A DNA stretch of 64,000 nucleotides from positions 20,894,001 to 20,958,000 of the forward strand of contig NC_091982.1 in NCBI RefSeq assembly GCF_044704955.1. The letters are read 5' to 3'. A program made the position numbers and the translations under genes. The notes under the pieces are model-generated. The model saw only the letters and a program-made list of their open reading frames with translations, did no database searches and had not been told where the DNA came from. This document shows, one piece after another, positions 11,676-21,900 of the stretch; within the stretch, counting starts at the first letter, position 1, and every line of letters starts with the position of its first letter. This DNA comes from Pristiophorus japonicus. Lineage: Eukaryota.

Positions 11676-14600
11676 TTGAATGGCTTACCCGCAGCCATGG
11701 AACTGGACATCAAAAAGATGTTTGAGAGACTGTGGTGCAACAAGGCATTCAGACCAGCCCTGAGCCCCAACCACACGAAACTGAGAACGTACACCAAAGA
11801 GCATATCACTGTCCTGGGCAGCGCCATGGTCAAGGTCACCTACGAGGGCACGGTGCATGAACTGCCACTCGGGATTGTCCCAGGCGATGGCCCCACACTG
11901 CTTGGAAAGAGCTGGCTGGGCAATATCCGCTGGAACTGGGATGACATCCGAGCACTATCACATGTCGATGAGTCCTCATGTACCCAGGTTCTTAACAAAT
12001 TTCCTTCCCTTTTTGAGCCAGGCATTGGAAACTTTTCTGGGCGAAGGTGCGGATCCACTTGGTCCCAGAGGCATGACCCATTCACCACAAGGCGCGAGAG
12101 GTACCTCACATGATGAGGGAGAGAGTGGAAATCGAGCTGGACAGGCTGCAACGTGAGGACATCATCTCGCCAGTGGAATTCAGCGAGTGGGCCAGCCCGA
12201 TTGTTCCAGTACTCAAAAGTGATGGCACGGTCAGGATTTGCGGCGATTATAAAGTAACTATTAATCGTTTCTCACTACAGGACCAATACCCGCTACCTAA
12301 GGCAGACGACCTATTTGCGACGCTGGCAGGAGGCAAGACGTTCACCAAGCTCAACCTGGCTTTGGCCTACATGACACAGGAGCTGGAGGAGTCTTCGAAG
12401 GGCCTCACCTGCATTAACACGTACAAGGGACAGTTCATCTACAACAGATGCCAATTTGGAATTCGGTTGGCTGCAGCGATCTTCCAGAAAAACATGGAGA
12501 GCCTACTCAAGTCGGTACCACACACGGTGGTCTTTCAGGACGACATATTGGTCACGGGTCGGGACACCGTCGAGCATCTACAAAACCTGGAGGAGATCCT
12601 CCAGCGACTGGGTCACATAGGGCTGTGGCTGAAGAGGTCGAAATGCGTCTTCATGGCAACAGAAGTGGAGTTTTTGGGGAGAAAGATCGCGGCGGATGCC
12701 ATTCGGCCACAGATGCCGAGACAGAGGCTATCAGGAACGCACCCAGGCCACAGAACTTCACGGAGCTGCGGTCGTTCCTGGGACTTCCTACCGGGGTTAA
12801 GCACCCTTTTAGAGCCCCTACATGTGTTATTGTGCAAAGGTGAGAACTGGGTATGGGGAAAAAACCAAGTAATTGCTTTTGAGAAAGCCAGAAACATTTT
12901 ATGCTCCAACAAGCTGCTTGTATTGTATAACCCGTGTAAGAGACTTGTGCTAGCATGTGACGCATCGTCGTACGGAGTCGGGTGTGTATTACAACAAGCC
13001 AATGTTGTGGGGAAATTGCAACCTGTCGCCTATTCTTCCAGGAGCGTGTCTAAGGCAGAGAGGGCCTACAGCATGATTGAGAAAGAGGCGTGTGTGTTCG
13101 GGGTAAAGAAAATGCATCAGTACCTGTTTGGCCTCAAATTTGAGCTGGAAACCGATCACAAGCCCCTCACATCCCTGTTCGCTGAAAACAAGGAGATAAA
13201 TACTAATGCCTCAGCCCACATACAAAGGTGGGCACTCGCGCTATCAGCGTATAACTATACCATTCGCCACAGGCCAGGCACCGAGAACTGTGCGGATGCT
13301 CTCAGTCGGCTACCATTGCCCACCACGGGGATGGAAATGGCGCAGCCTGCAAACTTGTTGATGGTGGTGCAGCCTGCAGACTTGTTGATGGTCATGGAAG
13401 CGTTTGAAAATGATAAACCACCTGTCACGGCCCGCCAGATTAGGACTTGGACCAGCCAAGATCCTCTGCTGTCCCTAGTAAAAAACTGTGTACTGCATGG
13501 GAGCTGGGCCAGCATCCCCGTTGAAATGCAAGAGCCAATCAAACCGTTCCAGCGGCGAAAGGACGAGCTGTCCATTCAGGCAGACTGCCTTTTGTGGGGT
13601 AACCGCGTAGTGCTACCAAAAAAGGGCAGGGAGCCGTTCACCTCGGATCTCCACAGCACACACCCGGGTATAGTAATGATGAAAGCGATAGCCAGATCCC
13701 ACGGGTGGTGGCCCGGTATCGACTCTGACTTAGAGTCCTGTGTACGGCAATGCAGCGTATGTGCTCAGTTGAGCAACGCGCCCAGAGAGGCATCACTAAG
13801 TTTGTGGTCCTGGCCCTCCAGACCATCGTCGAGGATCCATGTCGACTATGCGGGCCCGTTTCTCGGTAAAATGTTCCTGTTGGTGGTGGATGCTTTTTCA
13901 AAATGGATTGAATGTGAAATAATGTCGGGAAGCATTGCCACCGCCACCATTGAAAGCCTGAGGGCTATGTTTGACACCCACGGCCTGCCTGACGTACTGG
14001 TCAGTAACAACCTCCATGTTTCACCAGTGCCGAATTTAAAGAATTCATGACCCGTAATGGGATCAAACATGTCACCCTGGCCCCGTTTAAACCAGCCTCC
14101 AATGGGCAGGCAGAGCGGGCAGTACAAACCATCAAACAGAGCCTTAAACGAGTCACAGAAGGCTCACTCCAAACCCGCCTGTCCCGAGTACTGCTCAGCT
14201 ACCGCACGAGACCCCACTCGCTCACAGGGGTGCCCCCGGCTGAGCTACTCATGAAAAGGACACTTAAAACCAGACTCTCGCTGGTTCACCCCAACCTGCA
14301 TGATCAGGTAGAGACCAGGAAGCAGCAACAAAATGTAAACGATGGTCGCGCCACTGTGTCACAGGAAATTGATCTGAATGACCCTGTGTGTGTGCTAAAC
14401 TATGGACATGGTCCCAAGTGGATCGCGGGCACGGTGATAGCTAAAGAAGGGAGTAGGGTGTTTGTAGTCAAACTAGACAATGAACAAATTTGCAGAAAGC
14501 ACCTGGATCAAACGAGGCTGCAGTTCACAGACTGCCCTGTACAACCCACAGCAGACACCACCTTTTTTGAGCCCACAACACACACCCATAGGATCAACGA

Positions 14601-14787
14601 CACCACGCCGGACCAGGAAATTGAACCCATCACACCCAACAGCCCAGCAAAACCAGGCTCACCTAGCAGCCCTGCAGGGCCAACAACACACCAGCTCAGC
14701 GAGGGCACAGCCAACACACCAGAACAGACATTTGTACCGAGGCGGTCCACCAGGGAAAGAAAGGCTCCCGACCACCTCACCTTGTAA
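11676..14787 (+). pseudogene. Gypsy-1 pol (PR-RT-RNase H-integrase), disrupted
   Basis: WASPIVPV, RICGDYK, FQDD, CDAS, TDHKPL, HSTHPG..C..C, HVDY, SNGQAER. The protease DTG region is deleted and there are several frameshifts. Confidence 0.92.
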
Positions 14788-15418
14788 ATAGTTTTCACTT
14801 TGACTTTGGGGGCGGAGTGATGATGTGTATCTGTAAAGCATGCACTCCCATGTTCCACCACCAGGGAGCTCATCCCCTGAAGTCCCAAGGGATCCCAGCA
14901 TCCCTTGGAAGTACTGTATATAAGCCTGTTCCTCACTCTGGAGTGTCTTATTAAAGACTGAGGTCACTGTTACTTTAAGCTCCCTGTGTGCAGCCTCATC
15001 TGTGTTAGGAACACAATAGTGATAATGACCAGTTACTCTGTTTTAGTGATGTTGATTGAGGGATAAATATTGGTCAGGACACCAGGTATAACTGCCCTGC
15101 TCTTCTTTGAAATAGTGCAATAGGATCTTTTACGTCCAGCTGAGAGGGTAGATGGGGGCCTCAGTTTAACATCTCATCCGAAACACAGCACCTCCGATGG
15201 TACAGCACTCCCTCAACACCTCACTGGAGTGTCAGCCTAGAGTAATGTGCTCAAGTCCCTGGAGTGGGATATGAACGCACAACCCTCTGACTCAGAGGCA
15301 ATGTGCTACCCACTGAGCCACAGCTGACACTCAGGGGAGTAGTTCGAGGACACATTTAAAAATCTTTATACTGGTAGAATTAATGTTGAATGATTTCATA
15401 TGAGAGGGAGAGGGAGGG

Positions 15419-15459
15419 AGAGTTCTGATGAAAGGTCATCGACCTGAAATGTTAACTCT
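15419..15459 (+). ncRNA. Minimal type I hammerhead ribozyme remnant in a Penelope-like repeat (~15405-15555)
   Basis: Helix I AGAGTT/AACTCT, core CTGATGA, helix II AGGTC-ATC-GACCT, GAAA, then TGTT (GAAACGTT expected; a CpG-type decay). Confidence 0.7.
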
Positions 15460-16443
15460 TTTTCTCTTTCCACAGATGCTGCCTGACATGCTGAGTATTT
15501 CCAGCATTTTCTGTTTTTATTTCAGATTTCCATCATCACGGTATTTGGCATTTGTGTTGTGGAGAGGAAGTCTTTCTTCATTATAATTGAGTTCATTTTT
15601 TAAATACACCATTGAATTTTGAAGAAAACCATGTTTAATGATCTCATCTGGTTATCACCTGTGTTAGTGTGACAGTTAATAAATTTTAACATTTTAATTG
15701 TTAACAGCTGTCAGACACAGAAAGGCTCAGAGACATAAAGACACACAAAGCGTCTTTCCTCATTAAATTTGCATTTCCAAATAATTAAAGAAGAGTTGAA
15801 TTTTGAAAGTTCTAATTATCACCTGTCATATTTTGTTGATAGTAATTAGAATGTTTGCATAGTTGAGAAAGAGGAAGAGAGATAAATACAGAGATAGATA
15901 AAGAGATATCTGGTAATCTCTTTGGCAGGTGAGACACGCACTATACATACCTAACCAAGCAAGCTTGTCACCATGACAACTGGTACTTCGTACATGTGCA
16001 AAGTCTTTGAACACACGCACTGCAAAACAGTATCAGAGGCCCAGGCAACCTGAGGAGAAGCTTGAAAGTGTAAAGAAATCTGAAAAAATTCAGCTTTGCA
16101 AATGATCATTCATCTGCAAGTTGCAGTTTTGCACGTGGAATATTCTAAAACAGAGAAAAAAATAATGCGCAAGACATTTTGCAGTCATTGCAAGTCTGAC
16201 AACTATAGTGAGGCAGAGGCTCACTTGTCTCACCTGACAAGCTGCCTCTGGCAGGAATCAATCACAAAACACCAAATTCAGTGTTTCCAGACATCCCTTA
16301 GAAAGTCACATACCAGTGCCGTCACACATGAAGTTCATCTCTCCCCCTCTCTCCCCCCAAATCTGTCAGGCCCATGCCCTGCCCTCCCCTCACTGCTGAC
16401 AGGCACCAGGAATCCCACAATGACTCAAACCTCACATTCAACC

Positions 16444-16604
16444 GGATGCGTTCACAAATAAAGGATGAAAGTGAGTATTGTGCACAATGAGCAAGTGTGA
16501 CCTTAGCTTCTTTAATAAGACTCCAGAGTGCAGGTACCTCGTGGGTGGCCTGCTTATATACCGTGGTAGTATAATACAGGTTACAAGGAGTTAAATACAT
16601 AATA
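16444..16604 (-). mobile_element. Solo LTR, Gypsy-type, internally deleted
   Basis: Perfect TSD CAACC (16439-16443, 16605-16609). TATA, cactctggagt, ttattaaaga and aggtcac blocks are shared with the Gypsy-1 LTR. Confidence 0.8.
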
Positions 16605-17524
16605 CAACCAACAGTTGTGGCAAACCTTAGCTTTGCCTTCTACAGTTCTGCCAAACCCCAGATTCCTCCTCCACAGTTCAAAGAACCCCCTTCCCCCGCC
16701 CCAATGCTGCCAGCCTTCAGCAGCCCCACTGCAATATTGTCAAACGCCAGGAGCCCCAATCCCTGTTCTGCAAAACCTCAGAATTATTCTCCAGAACAAG
16801 CAAAGCTCAAGACCTTTCCACACTGCTACCTAAGCCCAAGACTTCTTCCACTGTTACTCAAGTACAGGGTACTTCCCAAGCCTCAGATATCTACCTCGAA
16901 TTGGTGCATTTTGAATGCTATTTTGCTGTGTAGTCTCAATATTAATAACATGTAGGGATTAAAAACTAAATACACCAATTCTCCCAAATCCCAGTATGTA
17001 TTTTAATAAAAATTGAATTTGACTTATTCAGTCACTTGTAAATCAGTGGCCCAGATATTATCCACTACATGGCATAAACATCTCTTTTGTTATAAAACAG
17101 CAAATCCCGTCTCACTGTGAGCAATGCCACTGAAATATACTAGTAATATATTAAAAAATCTTACATCTGCATGTACTTCTTGTCAACTTGCATCAAAAAT
17201 TTATATGTCCACATGTACAATAGAAACTGCCTATGTAACCTTGTCATGCTATAGTAACACTAGTGGAGGCACTGCAGTGGGTAGTCATAATTACAGCATT
17301 ACAAGTTTACTTACTCAGTTCCCAATATAAATTTGGACAGAGAAACTTATAATGGGAATATAAAAATAAGGCTAGAATGTGTAACATTAAAATGGGAACT
17401 GAATTACATGCTTACCATGGTTTAATTATTTCCCCCTCTAACTCCACTTCATCTGAAGACTAGATGGGGCCTTCACTCCTCATGTGCAATGGCATGAAAG
17501 ATCGATTAGTAATAAATAATAATA

Positions 17525-17830
17525 CAGATGTCAAAACATCTCAAAGCAGTTCACATGCTGAATGTGATGAATGACCAGTCAACCTGTTAGGAAATAATAG
17601 TGGAAGGATGTTTGCGAGGGCACCAGGATGCCAACATGCTCCGTTTTGAAAAGAACATAGGATCTTTAAAATTCACCTGAACCACAGGAACAACCTGAAG
17701 TATTCTTAAGTTAACATCTCATCTGAAAGATGGGACTTTCAACAAAGCAGCACTCCTTCAGTATTGTACTGGAGTGCCATCCGAGGTTATAAGGTCAAGT
17801 CCTTGTGTGGAGTGCTATTAACTGAGACAA
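17525..17830 (-). mobile_element. DeuSINE, degenerate copy
   Basis: taggatctttaa...ttaacatctcatctgaaaga...agcactccttcagta...ctggagtg matches 15120-15240. Confidence 0.65.
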
Positions 17831-17984
17831 ACTTACAGAAAAGTAAGAGAGAAAAAGAGAGAAGAAAATTGTGGAATAAAAACAAAATTTACATAGATAA
17901 ATTATTCTGAAGTTGATGACTTATGATTTAAAATGCTGTTTGAGAATTTGAGTTCAGTTTTTTAAAATCTGGAAATAAAATACT

Positions 17985-18258
17985 GGGATCGGTAAAAGTG
18001 ATCATGAAGCTGTCAGATTGTCATAAAAACGTAACTGGTTCACTATTGTCATTTTGGGAAGGAAACCTGCCTTTCCCATCCAGTCTTGCCTATATGTGAC
18101 TGCATGTTCCACACCAATGTGGTTGACTCTTAACTGCACTCTGAAGTGGCCTAACATGGCATTTAGTTGCATCAAACCGCTACTCAGGACATCTACGGTT
18201 GGGCAATAAATGCTTTGTTAGCGATGCCCACCTCTCGAGAATGAATAAATTAAAAAAA
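17985..18258 (+). mobile_element. SINE 3' part whose tail matches the CR1/L2-group LINE at 2222 and 55653
   Basis: Tail gggcaataaatgct...gcgatgcccac...gaatgaataaat aligns with the reverse complement of 55660-55720. Confidence 0.65.
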
Positions 18259-18339
18259 CATTTTAAGTAGTAAGCAAGTATTCACATTAACTTGTCGTAT
18301 TAAATGACAAATTGTATCCATATGGTGCTTTTAACATAA

Positions 18340-18740
18340 TAAGACATCTTAATGCATGTCATAGAGGTGAAAAAAGAAATTGAGCAGTGAGGGAAGAATA
18401 GTTAGAGGAGTTATTGAAACCCATGTTAAAGAGGTAGGTTCTGAAGAGATATTTCCTGGAGTAGACGAGGTAATAAGACAGAGAAGTTTGGGAATCCCAG
18501 AGTGTAAGGCCAAGACAGCTGAATGCTTTGCCACCAAAGGTGGGCGGAGAGAGAAGGATGCAAAGGAGATCAGAATGAGAAGATTAGAGGGTGTGCAGTG
18601 GCATGTAGGACTGGAGGGAGTTGATGAAGACAAGGATTTGAATTTGATGCATTGGGGATGGGTAGCTAATAGGGATCCAAGAGAACAAGGGTGACAGGGG
18701 AGCAGGACTTAGTGCAGAATAGGATATGGGCAGCCTTCAT
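18340..18740 (-). mobile_element. L2-like LINE 3' fragment, decayed
   Basis: Reverse complement resembles the L2 tail at 27640-27891 (ggtggc...gcattc.g.tg.ct.ggcc.ta..ctctgg.attccc...aaacctac ctctttaac). Confidence 0.5.
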
Positions 18741-18969
18741 CTTGTACTATAATATTTACTTCAATTAATATATTTAAGATATAGAATTTAAAGTAAAGCA
18801 ATGATTATAGTTAGTTGCCAGTAGGTGGCTGCTTTAGAGTTAAAAAAGAAAAAAATCCATTACTTATGATGCCTCTGGCTTTCATGACCACCTGAGAGCA
18901 GTAGGTTGGTTCTTTGTGTTGTAGACTAATGGACTACATGGCTGAACTGTCGATGTTGCCAGAGTCCAG

Positions 18970-21900
18970 ATGGCCACGCCTATGGGAATAATAAGGTACT
19001 TGGGTGAGTTCCATCGTGACCGAGAGACTTTCGGAACGTACGTGGAATGGCTAGAAATGTTTTTCATCGCGAATAGTTTCATCGAAGTCCCCGATGATGT
19101 AAACCATAACCATGTGGTGTTAGAAAGGAAACGGGCTATTTTCTTGACTGAAGAAGGCCCCAAGGTGTATGAAACCCTGAAAAATGTGCTTGTTCTCATC
19201 AAGCCAAAGGCACACCACTGAGGGAGAATCTAACCAAGTCAAAACATAACTACAGTCCTGAGCCCCTGGAAATTGCTGAAAGTTATCATTTTGGAACACA
19301 AAATCAATTAAATGATGAGTGTATCAGTGAGTAAATTGTAGCTTAAAAAAAACTATCCCTTCACTGTCATTTTGGAAACTTTCAGGACCGAGCATTGCGT
19401 GACCACTTTGTTTGTGGGTTGAAAAATGAAGGAATCAGAAGGAAATTGTTGACAACACCTTACTTGACTTTTGATTTAGTTTGTCAGACAACTATGGCGA
19501 TGGATATAACCAACCTATACTCCAGAGAATTTCATGCCATTTCCAGTCATCAGACAACCAAGGTGAATCGGCTGCAGGCTGAAAATAATAGGCAGTTTGG
19601 CTCCAAGGTCTCAGCAACTGGCCAAGATGACAGTGAAGTCGTGCTATCATTGCCTGGGCCAACACATTGCTCAAAGCTGTCCGTATATGAAGGCCAACTG
19701 GGCATCTTGCAAAGGCATGCTGACTGAAGAGTAAACCGACTTTCAATGCTAGAGGTAGAAATTGGCAGACACTGGATAGCATTGAAGAGAAGCAACAGGA
19801 TGAGGAGGTTCTGGAGAGACACGTCATCAGGAGCACGAAGGTATCCGACAGCGATTCACAAAGTATTGTCATCCAAGTAGACATTGCAGGAACCAGAATA
19901 CCCATGGAAATCAACACTGGTTCATCCATGAGTGTAGTATCGGAATCGTTATATCTCGACAAGTTGCATGATTTTCGACTGGAGAAATCGAAGATAGAGC
20001 TGCGAGGCTACTCAGGAGAGCAAATCCCTGTTGTAGGAAGTATCACCATACTGGTGAAATACAAGGATCAGTTTCAGAGCTTGCCTCTCATACTAATGTC
20101 AAGAGATAAGCCTGCCTTGCAAGATAGAAATTGGTTGGGATCACTGAAGCTGGATTGGAATGAGATTTTTCGTGTGGAAACGAAATTTGCATCGAAAGAT
20201 GATGTCATCAAGCAGTAGCCGAAGGTGTTCCATGAAACAGGCAGTCCAATCAAAGATTTCAAGGCAAGTGTCAGAATGCAGAAGGACGCAAGACCAGTTT
20301 ACTGCAAGCCACGCCTCGTACCATGCACATTCAAGGAGAAAGTTGAGCAAAAATTCAAAAAATAGAAACTAAGAACATTATCGCGAAGGTAGATCTAAGT
20401 AATTGGGCTACACCCATTGTTGATGTACCTGTCATATATGTACAGAATCTGTGGAGACTACAAGGCTACGATCAACACGGTTTTGAAACAGAATCGGTAT
20501 CTGTTACTAAAAGGCTGATGACTTGTTTACAAAGCTAGTCTGGGGGAAGTCATTCACCAAACTGGACTTGACATTGACCGACATGACACAGGAGCTGGTC
20601 GAGATGTCGAAGAGACTTACGTGCATTAACACGCATAAAGGACTGTTTATTTATCACAGGTGCCCTTTTGGAATTTGCTCGGCTACAGCAATATTTCAGA
20701 GGAACATGGAGAGTCTATTTAGGCCGTTCCCAGAACTGTCGTGTTCCAAGATGACATCCTGATCACAGGTCATGACTCCGAGGAACATCTGAACAACCTG
20801 GAAGAGGTTCTACATCGTCTGAACAAAGTGGGAATCAGACTGAAACGCTCGAAGTGCGTCTTCAAGGCACCAGAGGTTGAATTCCTGGGGAGGAAAATTG
20901 CTGCTGACGTCATCAGGCCCATGGACGCAAAAACCAAGGCCATCAAGAATGCACCCAAACTGCAGAATGCGACGGAGCTGCGCTCATTCCTGGGTCTACT
21001 CAATTACTTCGGTAACGTCCTACCTAAATTGAGCACCTTATTAGAACCACATGCTGCTAAGAAAAGGCGACAACTAGTGTGGAATGTGTCTCAAGACAGA
21101 GCTTTTGAGAAAGCCACTAATCTGCTTTGTTCTAACAAGCTGCTGGTACATTATGACCCATGTAAACGTTTAGTATTGGCCTGTGATGCTTCGTCATATG
21201 GAATTGGTTGCGTACTCCAACAAGCTTATGAGTCGGGTAAACTTCAACCAGTCGCGTATGCTTCAAAAAGTTTGTCTAAAGCGGAAAGATCCTACAGCAT
21301 GATAGAGGAAGAAGCACTAGCCTGTGTGTATGGGGTTAAAAAGATGCATCAGTACCTGTTTGGTCTTCGGTTTGAACTGGAGACTGATCACAAGCCGCTC
21401 ATTTCACTGTTCTCTGAGAACAAAGGTATCAATACCAATGCTTCATCCCGCATCCAGAGGTGGGCGCTGACATTATCTGCTTATGATTATGTCATTCGCC
21501 ATAGACCTGGCACCGAGAATTGTGCCGATGCTTTGAGCCATCTGCCGTTGCCCACACCGGAGGTGGAAACGCCACAACCGGCGGACCTATTGTTAGTTAT
21601 GGGTACTTTTGAGAGTGAAGGAACCCCTGTCATGGCTCAATAAGTTAAGAGCTGGACCAGCCAGGACCTGATTTTATCGGTGGTGAAGAGTTGCATCCTC
21701 AAAGGTGATTGGTCTGCCATACCCAAGCAAATGTGCAAGGAGACCAAACCTTACATTCGTCGCAAAGACGAAATGTCTATTCAATCAGATTATATACAGT
21801 GGGGCAATCGTGTCATTATCCCTAAGAAATGGAGAGAGAAATTTGTACATGAGCTACATAGCACACATCCCGGCATTGTAATGATGAAAGCCATCGCAGG

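Larger units (their letters stand above)
10528..15018 (+). mobile_element. Gypsy-1: full-length Mag-like Ty3/Gypsy LTR retrotransposon, defective
   Basis: 198-bp LTRs at 10528-10725 and 14821-15018 (2 differences), perfect TSD GTGAT, PBS tgccgacgag at 10728, PPT ~14807-14820, domain order gag-PR-RT-RH-IN. Confidence 0.97.
10371..15330 (-). mobile_element. DeuSINE (SacSINE1/AmnSINE1-like), split by Gypsy-1
   Basis: tRNA head on minus at ~15330-15260 (A-box TGGCTCAGTGG, degenerate B-box), Deu-domain body at 15024-15250, and 3' part at 10371-10527. The sequence is continuous across the GTGAT TSD. Confidence 0.8.

Noticed and set aside
12110-14050. Intact 646-aa pol implying an active element
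   Set aside because: It contains an out-of-frame stretch between compensating frameshifts, and protease and integrase are broken.
14480-14790. env-like or chromodomain extension after integrase
   Set aside because: The tail is a Pro/Thr-rich linker ending RRSTRERK.P..L, typical of these elements; no TM segment or chromodomain motif is seen.
15260-15330. tRNA gene
   Set aside because: The A/B boxes belong to a SINE head; no complete cloverleaf is evident.
18780-18969. 5' LTR and PBS of Gypsy-2
   Set aside because: No similarity to the putative 3' LTR at ~25898-26028 and no PBS found.
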